DNA of 64,000 bases, from positions 768,001 to 832,000 of the forward strand of contig JAKFBS010000002.1 in the NCBI GenBank assembly GCA_036677065.1. The letters run 5' to 3'. This stretch comes from Bdellovibrio sp. (GTDB lineage Bacteria > Bdellovibrionota > Bdellovibrionia > Bdellovibrionales > Bdellovibrionaceae). A program made the translations under genes and the position numbers. Numbering within the stretch: the stretch's first letter is position 1; each line of letters opens with the position of its first letter. The notes beneath the pieces were generated by a model that was not told the DNA's origin, did not search any database, and worked only from the letters and a program-made list of their open reading frames with translations. Positions 29,001 to 37,620 of this stretch are shown here, one piece after another.

Positions 29001-30230
29001 CGCCACTCCTAAAGTACCTGAGACAGCGACATCAGCTAAAGAAGTGGCCGCTCTACGTAAATAAATCGATTGTTGCTTTTCAAAAGTGACTCTAGCAGTT
29101 AAATCAAAAACTAATAAAACACGGCCACCATTATTTGTAAGACCAACCAGTGTATTATTATCTAACGACAACGAGTAAGGATTATAAGCATACCCCTGAT
29201 CATTAGTTGTTGCGACCACCGGGCTCACCGGATTCGATATATCCAAGCTTATCATATTATAATAAGAACTGCTTCCGGGAGCACTTCCCACATATAAGCG
29301 GTCATTTTTAATCGCTAAACTGCGTACACCATCAAAATTATTTACGCTAGTCATTCCCAAGACCCAAGCTGGAGCTGTTTTAGTCGTGATATCAATTACA
29401 CCCAACGTGTCTGAATTTGTTCCTGCAGCAAAAACATAATTGCCACTAATTTTTATGTCAGAAATATTATCCAATTTTGTTGCATTTGTGTAAGAACCAA
29501 CAATCGCCGGAGCCGACTTCGTCGTCACATCAATCACTGCAATCCCATCATAGGTCGATGCTGCTGCCACAACATAGTTGCCGGTAATTTCAAAACTTTT
29601 ACCACCCGCAAGCTTAGTGGCATCGACGACGCTGCCTTCAACAGTAGGTGAGGTCGGTGCCGATATATTCACAATTGTTAATCGATTATTTGCCAATACA
29701 TACAAGTAGCTTCCAGAAATCATCATTTTTGAAAAACTTGGCAGATTCGTCGCATCAGTAATTGAGCCCACCACCGTTGGGTTTGCTTTATTAGAAATAT
29801 CAACCACAGTAATCATGTTCGTACCAGAAATATAAGCGTAATTTCCAGCGACAGCCAGGTGCGACCCAAAATTGGAATTGGTCATGGTTTTTATATATTG
29901 CGGATTTGATGGCGTCGTTACATTCACGATCGTAAATTTTTGCGGACCTATGATATAAGCATACCCTGCCAAAACAACAGCCATATTCGCATTGGCGAAA
30001 TTATTGCCTACCGAATCTGTAATAGTGGCGACGCTTTTAAGACCGCCATACTGCATCCCCACCCAAGAAGTTCCGTTACAATATTTATATTTTTTATCGG
30101 CAGAAAACCATTCTCTGGTTCCAGCCACAGCCACTGGACTTATGCAGTCTGCAAAAGACTTCACTGCCAGAAAAAATATCCCCGCAAGAAAAACTAATTT
30201 TAACAAAATGAACTTATTTTTTCTTGCCAT
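26070..30230 (-). CDS. Secreted LVIVD-repeat beta-propeller protein (28 repeats) with terminal two-Cys modules
   Basis: Signal peptide; repeats of (I/V)xVSGNYAYV...L.(I/V)VD(I/V)SNPxxP; C..G..Y..YC(N/D)GTxW modules at both ends. Confidence 0.9.
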   Translation of the reverse strand: MARKNKFILLKLVFLAGIFFLAVKSFADCISPVAVAGTREWFSADKKYKYCNGTSWVGMQYGGLKSVATITDSVGNNFANANMAVVLAGYAYIIGPQKFTIVNVTTPSNPQYIKTMTNSNFGSHLAVAGNYAYISGTNMITVVDISNKANPTVVGSITDATNLPSFSKMMISGSYLYVLANNRLTIVNISAPTSPTVEGSVVDATKLAGGKSFEITGNYVVAAASTYDGIAVIDVTTKSAPAIVGSYTNATKLDNISDIKISGNYVFAAGTNSDTLGVIDITTKTAPAWVLGMTSVNNFDGVRSLAIKNDRLYVGSAPGSSSYYNMISLDISNPVSPVVATTNDQGYAYNPYSLSLDNNTLVGLTNNGGRVLLVFDLTARVTFEKQQSIYLRRAATSLADVAVSGTLGVAIDSSEVMYTFDVTNPASIVAKGIAYMPGYTNRYSQGVAFDGSYAYISEVNSQRVFVVDVASNPDYPQIVGTVTSSNLGQAYGIEVDGNYVYVVRSGGLTIVDVTNKTNPTVVGTAAITGTLRYLKVSGNYVFVPEATGTKLTIVDVTNKAAPTIVGNVVDATALAGAADLDVLGNYAYVAATNRLTAIDISTISAPVVASSLLDATNLSNAKRVKISGSIAYVLGSRFSAVSITSPASPTFQSYITSDGYSGLDISGGYLYTGTGTGFRSYTASAPPVLQNFSQGPNQIGTVGGISGSGNYAYVTSIGKFLSIDISTPASPAVVSVLTDATKLNTAQRNVVSGTRVFTIGSGYITAVSVSTPTSPTISGYLADATNLASAKTIRVSGNYAFVGGNKLSVLDISGANPVHVTSLTHALISLCNDMEMQGNYLYMTCGTTNSFVVVDISTPTAPAIVGTYTNSAYITTGMLTDSMVVANNIAYIARGTYNLLMLDVSNPASPSFAGVYSSGYYCTVLANTGDPSRIFCRSDGSMYTLDIFDPLQPVSVYSTPIDSYIEESVLVGNRVLSFVQGGINVGSTQSLSLLGLPRRFGGATALNSVRGVDIVGNYAYFSTGNRYLNIFDISNVASATLVSSTFFGDSQYFYTAPYDITISGNYAYIAGSATYGAMVFDISNPAAPKKVATISKFSELQNTQFMRVEGNYLYGTGGGFMVYDVTSATTPVQKDGIADSTYLSSPQGFAISGNNAFTCASANSRITNIDISNKSLLAISNSLQDTTKFAGCRNIELAASNNYAYMVGTTNGYFNVIDITNPASMTLAGSLQNTTSFGGTIYDVVVSGTNVIVVNNNYVTMVDVSVASAPKIIDTLSVQSTARYFTKLVGNKLFTTDSALSSSSVFDITPPLIVGTCSTERLMDYDTVNNVLKFCSENNYYSMSPLGGAAGPGCSSPTGKPGALDYNSVSNVYKYCDGTNWVQVGQ

Positions 30231-33200
30231 GGTGTTTTTGCTGTTCCAATACTTGAAGAATTTTCTCGAGTTTTTGTTCTAAGACTTCGTTTTTTTCTTT
30301 TAATGATGATAATTCACGTTTGATCTCTGAATTTTCATGACGTAATTTTTGTGTTTCACTGTCCACTTCCTGAAGTGCACGGATACTCCATGGAATAAGT
30401 CCCATGTAATTGACGCCGTAATATTCGCCCTGGGTATCAATATTTTTTACTAAGTTCGGAATAATACCCAACATATCCTGCGCCATCACCCCGTACTCGG
30501 TGCGCGCCCTTGGATCATCTTTCATGACATACGAATAAGTTTTAATTTTTCTGATAGTTGTCAGAGCTGAATCTAAGGGTTCAATATTTGTTTTTAAACG
30601 TCTATCTGAAACGTCAGTGATAGTTCCCGTATATTGAATATCACCCACCACATGAAGGGCTGTGACTGGTGCGGTTGTGCCGATACCTACAAAGCCATTT
30701 GTATAATTAATCGTCGTACCAGATGTGTTCCACTGTGAAGATATTATCGCTGCAAACGATGCCGCCGTTGATGTCGCTAAACTTGAGACTGAAGACGAAA
30801 CTGAGTTAATATTATTAGTTGAAGTTGTAAATGACGTTGCAACAGTAGAAGATAAATTTGTTACATTCGCCGCATCGGCTGGAGTATACCCGAAAGCAGA
30901 AATTACAGAAGCCGATGTCACCGATCCTGTACCAAATGCAGTCCATACCGAGCCATTACAAAATTCTACATTGCCAACGTTATAGCGCAAAGTTCCTGCG
31001 TAACTGACGGCACAAACTGCGGATTCCATGCTGATTTGAACTCCGCCGGATACAGAAAGTTTTGTCACAGGTGTTTTGGTTCCAACGCCTATATTGCCTG
31101 TAGATACTGTCGCACCTGAGCCGTTTAAACTAGTTCCAAAAATAAGATTGCCGATATTTAATGTTCCTGACGAAGTCGCAGCGACAGTATTGATATTATT
31201 ACCGATAACAATGTTATTTGCGCCTGTTGTTAAATTACCTGCTGAATAGGCACCAATCACAATATTATTATCTGCACCGGTTGAAATATTTGTAGCGGCT
31301 TCATAACCGATGATTGTGGTATTGCTGACATTTGAGTTGTTGGTCGGGCCATTGCCCGCACCGGCTCCAACATAAACATTTTGACGGCCTGTTTTATTTG
31401 CTCGCCCAGCACTTAATCCAATACCTACGTTGTTAGTACCAGACGTATTACTGCCTAATGCAACCATCCCTACAGCGGTATTATAATATCCCGTAGTATT
31501 ATAGCTAAGAGCAGCTCCACCAACTGCGGTATTTTCATTCCCCGTGGTATTATTCCATAATGCTTCAGCACCGATGGCTGTATTAAATTGCCCTGAGGTA
31601 TTTGCCTGTAGCGCATACCAACCGAAGGCCGCATTTTCGTAACTTGTAACCGATGATTCAAGTGTACCAAAACCAAAAGCTGTATTTTGCCCGCTGTCTT
31701 GGTTTGCCGCCATCGAGTTTACACCAAAGGCTGTGCTTTCAGAATTATTTGAATCTTCAACTAACGGCCATGAAGTTCCAGAGCCGACAAATAATCCGCC
31801 ATTTCCGGTGTGAACATGAACGATGTCATTTAACGTAACTTGTGAACCGCTGGTTACCCGGCCTTTACTATCGACTGTGACTTTCGTGTATTGTGTTCCG
31901 CTTGTTACACCAGAAAAAGTCATTAAACGCGCCTCAGAAATAATTCCGGTAGCACTTGCACTTCCTAAATCTAAACTCGATACCGTCGCAAATCCACCTA
32001 AGCCTAAATTCGTGCGTGCTGTTGCTGAACTTGTTAAATCAGATAAATTATTTGATTTAACAACGTAATTGGAAAGCGTCGTCATGCTGACTTTATTCAT
32101 CAGAGTAGTGTAATCAGCATTTGAAATTAAGCCTGCAGTTACAGAACCTGCAGAAGCTAAAGGAATATTTAATGTATGCATACCGTTTACCGTCACGAAA
32201 GCAGGAGTCGTTCCCGTTGTACCATTGGCAAAAGTTTGGGTACTCGAAGTTGAACCGTTGATCGATATAATTCCGCTTCCGGCCACACCGAAAGCTGACC
32301 ATGTTGATCCATTACAGTACTCTATGTTGCCAGAATTATACCGCAAAGTTCCCGCGTAGTTTGTCGCACAAGCTGCAGATTCCATACTGATTTGAATTCC
32401 ACCTGAAACAGAAAGTTTAGTGACGGGGGTAGTTGTGCCGATGCCGACAGTTCCTGCAGAAGTGATTCTTAGAGACTCATTTCCACCGCCCAGTGTCTGA
32501 AACCGTATGTCACCGCCGTTACCATCGGTATTATTGGTAATTTCTAATGTGTTGACCGAATTCATGCGCATCACATCGCGATTTTCAGTGTTAGCTGCAT
32601 TTTTAAAACGAATACTGGCGTCATTATTCATAACAATGTGTCCACCACTCATGAATAACCAACCAGTTAAAGTCTGACTACCTTCTACGTATAAAGGTGT
32701 TGTCGGATTAACAGTGCCAATACCTACATTACCACCCGCGTAGTTGATCGTCGTTCCCGACGTTGTCCATTGCGAACTGACCGCGCCACTCGCTTGCGGT
32801 GTATACCCTAACGCTGTAGCGACATCACTGGCTGATAGCTGTGCGCCACTGGTCACGCGGCCTTTGCTATCAACTGTTACTTTTGTATATTGTGATCCAC
32901 TTGTTACATTACTTTGATTGATCAAACGAGCATCGGCGATAGTTCCAGTAGCAGAGGCTGAACCTAGATCTAAACTTGATACGGTAGCAAAACCACCTAA
33001 ACCTAAATTGGTTCGTGCTGATGCACTTGAAGTCAGGTCAGATAAGTTATTTGCTTTAACCAAGTAATTTCCTAGTGAAGTTGCACTTGCAGGAACATAA
33101 CCTAGCACTTGTGCAATTGATGCAGCACTTGATGTAATTTTATTTGAAAAATTTAAATAATCAGAATTTGAAATTAAACCTGCAGTCGTAGTTCCTGCTG

Positions 33201-35517
33201 ATGCATATGGAATATTTAATGTGTGTACTCCATTGTCAGTGACGAACAATGGTGCCGAACCTGTGCTTCCATTTGCAAAGATTTGTGTGGCTGAAGACGA
33301 ACCATTTAAAGTTGTTACTCCAGTACTAGCCGCATTGGCTGGAGTGTAGCCTAAAGCAGTTGTTACATCTGATAGCGATAATTGCGCCCCACTAGTCACG
33401 CGGCCTTTGCCATCGACTGTGACTTTTGTATATTGTGATCCACTTGTTACATTTGCAAAACTTGGCAAACGTGCTTCTGCTAATATACCTGTTGCAGATG
33501 CTGAACTTAAATCTAAACTTGATACTGTAGCAAAACCACCTAAACCTAAATTGGTTCGTGCTGATGCACTTGAAGATAAATCACTTAGATTATTTGTTAT
33601 GGCTAAGTAATTTCCTAAAGCTGTACTGCTGGCCGGAGTGTATCCAAGAGCTGAAATAACCGAAGCACTGGTGGCGTTCAGCTTATTAGCGAATGTTTGA
33701 TAATCGGTATTTGATAAAAGACCCGCCGTCACCGCTGCAGAGGCCGCATACGGAATATGAAAAGTATGTACTCCGTTTAAAGTCTGAATATTCGGGGCAA
33801 TGCCCCCAATGCCTGAAGAAAAATTTTGTGTACCGGAAGCTGAACCGTTTAATCCGGTGATTCCGGCGCCCGCAACTCCGAAGGCTGACCATACTGTACC
33901 ATTACAGAATTCTACATTTCCTGCATTGAATCGCAATGTACCCGCCAGCACTGAAGTACACGCGGTATTTTCACTACCGATGCGCACCCCACCCGATACA
34001 TCTAAAGTGGTTACAGGATTCATGTGACCGATACCCACAAAACCCGCTGAATAACTGATACCTGTTCCCGATGTTACCCATTGCGATGAGATTCCACCAC
34101 TCGCCGCTGGGGTATAACCCAGGGCTGAGACTATGGCAGAACTTGTCGCATTCATTTTATTTGCGAATGTTGTGTAATCAGAATTTGAAATCAAACCCGC
34201 AGTGACTGATCCTGCGGATGCAAGCGGAATATTTAACGTGTGCACTCCGTTAACAGTCACGAACGCAGGCGTTGTACCCGTCACACCATTTGCAAAACTT
34301 TGTGTCGCTGATGCTGAACCATTTAAGGTAGTGATCCCGGCGCTGGCCGCATTGGCCGGCGTATAACCTAAAGCTGAAACAACATCACTTGAAGAAATTG
34401 TCGTTACCGTTTGACTGGTCCATGACAAGTTGCCGCTGCCATCAGTTGTTAAAAATTGGCCACTCACGCCATCATCGCTTGGAAAAATTAAATTATAACT
34501 AGCTGATAGACTTGTTGGTGCCTGTAGTCTGATTGAAAACGCCGTGCTCGGTTTAAAGATATCTACATAGTTTGTTCTTGTACTGTTTGCGTAGACATCA
34601 TTTGCCCAGATATTTCCCGAAGCATCGCGAAGCACTAAAGTATTTGCCGTGTTTGAGACCGCTGCCGCTGCAGAAATTTGCGCTGTGATTTGTGTAGCTA
34701 CCGCAGATGAGCTGACCGGAGCATAACCTAAAGCATTTGCAATTTCTGTGCTGCTGGCTGACATCTTAGTTTTAAATTCGGCATAATCAGCTGCCGTTAA
34801 ATAACCGTCACTCGACATTGAAGCTACGCTGATTGAAATCACCGGGGCACTTGCAGATCCTGAAACCATGACCGGCGCTGTTCCTGAAACAGAAAGCAGA
34901 CCGTCTGTACTACTACTGCCTACGGCGACGCAGCCAAAAGAGGCTCCGTTAAATTGCAAAGCTTGCGAGGCAGAGCAAGTCGGTATTGACGTCACTTGCA
35001 CAAAATCAAGATCGGTTTTTCCGTTCAATTGAGTCGAATTTTTAGCGTACATCGCATACGGCACATGATTAATATTCATTGCCGGTAATGTTTGCCAGCC
35101 AAGACCATCATGAAATTGCATCACAATTTTGCGCAGATCATTTGCGGCTGGAATATAAGCCGGAGGCCCGCCTGCGGCACACGAAAGCGCTGTGCCATCG
35201 TTATTAAATACATCAGAAAAATTCACGCTACCGCTTACGGGAAAAGTTTTTATTCCCGAGCCCAAAGAAAAATTAACTAAACCGCCGCTGCCGGCCATAT
35301 TAATGGTATTAAAATTTTCTGCATAGAGAATGCAGGCTCCCAAAGGATTTAAAATCGTAAAACGAAAATTTACGTTGGTTGATTCTAGAGGCGTGCCATC
35401 TGGTTTAATAATTTTTGCCTGATACGTGGTGTACATGCCTGCGGCTTGCGTTGAAAACGATAACAGCATAGCTATAGCAAAACTTAGGACAGTGGTTATT
35501 TTTTTGAACATTCCCAT
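30214..35517 (-). CDS. Phage-tail-like trimeric fibre adhesin with C-terminal peptidase S74 intramolecular chaperone (Bdellovibrio mosaic adhesive trimer type)
   Basis: Signal peptide then TYQAKIIKPDGTPLE..VNFRF; VTVD.KGRVT, GNVGIGT..P, NNLSDL and ALGYTP shaft motifs; 14-aa NTA.G..AL..N repeats; SDRRLK..YGVMAQD..VNY.GLIP..I.ALQE plus coiled coil. Start moved to ATG 35517. Confidence 0.88.
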   Translation of the reverse strand: MGMFKKITTVLSFAIAMLLSFSTQAAGMYTTYQAKIIKPDGTPLESTNVNFRFTILNPLGACILYAENFNTINMAGSGGLVNFSLGSGIKTFPVSGSVNFSDVFNNDGTALSCAAGGPPAYIPAANDLRKIVMQFHDGLGWQTLPAMNINHVPYAMYAKNSTQLNGKTDLDFVQVTSIPTCSASQALQFNGASFGCVAVGSSSTDGLLSVSGTAPVMVSGSASAPVISISVASMSSDGYLTAADYAEFKTKMSASSTEIANALGYAPVSSSAVATQITAQISAAAAVSNTANTLVLRDASGNIWANDVYANSTRTNYVDIFKPSTAFSIRLQAPTSLSASYNLIFPSDDGVSGQFLTTDGSGNLSWTSQTVTTISSSDVVSALGYTPANAASAGITTLNGSASATQSFANGVTGTTPAFVTVNGVHTLNIPLASAGSVTAGLISNSDYTTFANKMNATSSAIVSALGYTPAASGGISSQWVTSGTGISYSAGFVGIGHMNPVTTLDVSGGVRIGSENTACTSVLAGTLRFNAGNVEFCNGTVWSAFGVAGAGITGLNGSASGTQNFSSGIGGIAPNIQTLNGVHTFHIPYAASAAVTAGLLSNTDYQTFANKLNATSASVISALGYTPASSTALGNYLAITNNLSDLSSSASARTNLGLGGFATVSSLDLSSASATGILAEARLPSFANVTSGSQYTKVTVDGKGRVTSGAQLSLSDVTTALGYTPANAASTGVTTLNGSSSATQIFANGSTGSAPLFVTDNGVHTLNIPYASAGTTTAGLISNSDYLNFSNKITSSAASIAQVLGYVPASATSLGNYLVKANNLSDLTSSASARTNLGLGGFATVSSLDLGSASATGTIADARLINQSNVTSGSQYTKVTVDSKGRVTSGAQLSASDVATALGYTPQASGAVSSQWTTSGTTINYAGGNVGIGTVNPTTPLYVEGSQTLTGWLFMSGGHIVMNNDASIRFKNAANTENRDVMRMNSVNTLEITNNTDGNGGDIRFQTLGGGNESLRITSAGTVGIGTTTPVTKLSVSGGIQISMESAACATNYAGTLRYNSGNIEYCNGSTWSAFGVAGSGIISINGSTSSTQTFANGTTGTTPAFVTVNGMHTLNIPLASAGSVTAGLISNADYTTLMNKVSMTTLSNYVVKSNNLSDLTSSATARTNLGLGGFATVSSLDLGSASATGIISEARLMTFSGVTSGTQYTKVTVDSKGRVTSGSQVTLNDIVHVHTGNGGLFVGSGTSWPLVEDSNNSESTAFGVNSMAANQDSGQNTAFGFGTLESSVTSYENAAFGWYALQANTSGQFNTAIGAEALWNNTTGNENTAVGGAALSYNTTGYYNTAVGMVALGSNTSGTNNVGIGLSAGRANKTGRQNVYVGAGAGNGPTNNSNVSNTTIIGYEAATNISTGADNNIVIGAYSAGNLTTGANNIVIGNNINTVAATSSGTLNIGNLIFGTSLNGSGATVSTGNIGVGTKTPVTKLSVSGGVQISMESAVCAVSYAGTLRYNVGNVEFCNGSVWTAFGTGSVTSASVISAFGYTPADAANVTNLSSTVATSFTTSTNNINSVSSSVSSLATSTAASFAAIISSQWNTSGTTINYTNGFVGIGTTAPVTALHVVGDIQYTGTITDVSDRRLKTNIEPLDSALTTIRKIKTYSYVMKDDPRARTEYGVMAQDMLGIIPNLVKNIDTQGEYYGVNYMGLIPWSIRALQEVDSETQKLRHENSEIKRELSSLKEKNEVLEQKLEKILQVLEQQKHHGKKK
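31180..31740 (-). repeat. 14-aa beta-roll repeats (NTAxGxxALxxNxxG) inside the fibre gene
   Basis: STAFGVNSMAAN, NTAFGFGTLES, NAAFGWYALQAN, NTAIGAEALWNN, NTAVGGAALSYN, NTAVGMVALGSN...; boundaries approximate. Confidence 0.8.
31840..34340 (-). repeat. Modular internal duplications in the fibre shaft
   Basis: Module A (GITxLNGS..HTLNIP..AGLISNxDY) occurs 4 times; module B (NNLSDL..RTNLGLGG..QYTKVTVDxKGRVTSG) 3 times; near-identical DNA at a 543-bp offset (32968 vs 33511; 32879 vs 33422). Confidence 0.85.
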
Positions 35518-35524
35518 GTTTAGA

Positions 35525-35551
35525 TTATCGTCCGAAACAAAAAATTGCTTA
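35525..35551 (-). promoter_or_regulatory. sigma28 (FliA)-like promoter of the fibre operon
   Basis: TAAG-15 nt-GACGATAA (consensus TAAA-N15-GCCGATAA), ending 7 nt before ATG 35517. Confidence 0.6.
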
Positions 35552-35756
35552 AAAAACCAAATCGCCCGTAGACGCTCTAAAAGTATACTGGTAACTAAGC
35601 GCACCCAAGTAAGCAGTTTTTTATTTAATCCTTTGGTCCTGTTCAGTAGAGAAAACGACGCCTCTGCCTGAGACGCGCAGATAGTGGTTTCTAAGCCATT
35701 GCCAAGTTACCATTTTTTTTCGAAAGAATTACTCTTTCAACAAAAATGAGTTAAGT

Positions 35757-36566
35757 TTGAAGACAATGACGAATCAAGCTCCTGAAGACTACTTAAGAAT
35801 TTTACAGAATGAATTTCAACAACGAAAACAAAAGAATAAAAAATACTCTTTGCGCGCCTTTGCCAAATTTCTTGGAGTAAGCCATGCCCTTTTATCTTTA
35901 GTGTTTCTTAAGAAAAAAGGGCTCTCACTTAAGATGGCTGAAAAAATCAGTGCGAAGCTGGCCTTAAGCCATTTAGAACGTAATATTTTTGTCAGCAGCG
36001 TTGAGAAATGTTTTTCTCGCAGCGCCAATAAAAAAACCAAAGCTGGTCAGGTCTTAAAAGAACTGCAAAAACAAAAACAGTTCAAATCACTGACTCAAGA
36101 TACTGTTAGCCAGATTGATCATTGGGCTTATGTGGCCGTGTTTGAAGCTATTTACAGTAAAAAAGCCCTAACCACGAAAGAGCTTTGTTTCTTCTTCGAT
36201 CAAAAGCCTTCAATGATCATAAAAGTTGTAACTTATCTGCAAGAAATATCGGCAATTGCCGATGAGAATGGCACATTTTCAGCTATTTCTTCATCATTAC
36301 AAACCAGCAATGATATCCCCGCTAAAGCAATGGTTAGTTATCACATTTCAATGGCTCAAAAAGCCATCAGCTCAATCCAACAACAGCCCGTGCACATGCG
36401 CGAATTTCAAAATGCTATACTGACAGTCAACCAAGAGTCTTTAGGCGAAGCTAAAAAAATGATTCGCAACTTCATCCATGACTTTAACACCCGTTTTTAT
36501 GTGGACAACGATACCAGTCAGCTTTATTCCTTGTTTGTCAGTTTTTTTAAAATGGGAAAAGAATAA
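35757..36566 (+). CDS. TIGR02147/DUF4423-type protein with N-terminal HTH
   Basis: N-terminal YSLRAFAKFLGVS..LS.V..KK.GLS; C-terminal A+..YH..M..KA..SI..QP...REF, A+..IR.F...F, LY.L....F; start may be ATG 35766. Confidence 0.8.
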   Translation: MKTMTNQAPEDYLRILQNEFQQRKQKNKKYSLRAFAKFLGVSHALLSLVFLKKKGLSLKMAEKISAKLALSHLERNIFVSSVEKCFSRSANKKTKAGQVLKELQKQKQFKSLTQDTVSQIDHWAYVAVFEAIYSKKALTTKELCFFFDQKPSMIIKVVTYLQEISAIADENGTFSAISSSLQTSNDIPAKAMVSYHISMAQKAISSIQQQPVHMREFQNAILTVNQESLGEAKKMIRNFIHDFNTRFYVDNDTSQLYSLFVSFFKMGKE

Positions 36567-36567
36567 C

Positions 36568-37599
36568 GTGAAAGCCTGCAAAATTATTTTTATTTCAGCC
36601 CTTTTATCAGCCCTAACTGTTTTTGCCGGTCCTAGCGTTATTGGTAACGGCGGCAATGGCGTTTTTTTAGAAAACAAATTTTATGTTCTTGATCTGGTTG
36701 AAGCAGATTCTCATATCAAGCCCTTCATAAAAGAAACCGTAGCTACATACTATTACGATCGCTTAAAGTACGCACTTCATGCTCTTGAAGATCAGGCGCT
36801 TGTAGCCCTTGTTGCCAGAAAAATTACCGAGGCTGGGGCCCTTGATTTAATTTACACCGAAGCCCTACTTCGTACTTTTGAAGCCATTCGCTGGAACTTG
36901 GTTGATTATCGTTTAACACCGATGCCTGTAATAACTCCGGTCGCAGCAGCTCAGCACCAAATTGCAATTCGCACGAGCGATAATATTCTGATTGATCGCT
37001 ACTATTGGAATTTATTAACCCTTGAACATCGCACGGCCTTATTATTTCACGAGGTTAATTTTATTCTAATTCGCCCTAGCTCAATAGCAGACGATGATGA
37101 CTTTCAAAAATCAGCCTTTCAATCACGCTTGCTTACGGGTTATATTTTTTCAGATTCAATGGCGAAAGAATTCGGCCCTTCTTTTTCGCGCCGTCTGTCT
37201 CCGCTTTTTCCTTCAAAATTAATGAAAATCAACGGCGAAGATGTTTTTTCGGTTTATAAAACTAAAGCATTTTCAGCATTTGCCTATGAAGATGTCATTA
37301 CGGCTAATCCTTATCTTGAAATTATTTTTAAAGACTCTAAAGTTAAAATGAATGTTTTCAGAGCCAGCCAGGACGATGTCATTACAGCGATTTGCAAGCA
37401 AAATGAAATACCGAATTCAGTGGAACTGCGCACTCACATTATGCATTTAGAGCTTTATAAAGGCGATAATAATTCGCAAGATTACCTGTCGTTTCACCCA
37501 GCTTCAGACGAAGGTTTTCCCGCGATAAAACCTTTGAAAAGCACCTGTGTGCAACAAGCTTCAAAATTGCATCACGATCTTATACGTCACATCGATTAA
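36568..37599 (+). CDS. Secreted hypothetical protein (GPSVIGNGG motif after the signal peptide)
   Basis: GTG start 1 nt after the upstream stop gives a clean signal peptide; LLFHEVNF is a degenerate HExxH. Confidence 0.7.
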   Translation: MKACKIIFISALLSALTVFAGPSVIGNGGNGVFLENKFYVLDLVEADSHIKPFIKETVATYYYDRLKYALHALEDQALVALVARKITEAGALDLIYTEALLRTFEAIRWNLVDYRLTPMPVITPVAAAQHQIAIRTSDNILIDRYYWNLLTLEHRTALLFHEVNFILIRPSSIADDDDFQKSAFQSRLLTGYIFSDSMAKEFGPSFSRRLSPLFPSKLMKINGEDVFSVYKTKAFSAFAYEDVITANPYLEIIFKDSKVKMNVFRASQDDVITAICKQNEIPNSVELRTHIMHLELYKGDNNSQDYLSFHPASDEGFPAIKPLKSTCVQQASKLHHDLIRHID

Positions 37600-37620
37600 G
37601 GCCCTAGCAGCCCGTAGGGA

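Noticed and set aside
26070..34340. CRISPR array, shufflon or diversity-generating retroelement behind the repeats
   Set aside because: Repeats are in-frame, protein-coding and codon-degenerate; no spacers, cas genes, invertase or reverse transcriptase seen
30214..35517. Prophage, suggested by tail-fibre motifs and the S74 domain
   Set aside because: The protein has a signal peptide and a cellular fibre N-domain; no capsid, terminase, portal or integrase genes nearby
35518..35604. N-terminal extension of the fibre ORF to GTG 35604 (likewise the ORF-track extensions of dut, pilS, mipA-like, DUF3108 and 36478)
   Set aside because: Downstream starts give clean signal peptides, SD or promoter spacing, or stop-start coupling
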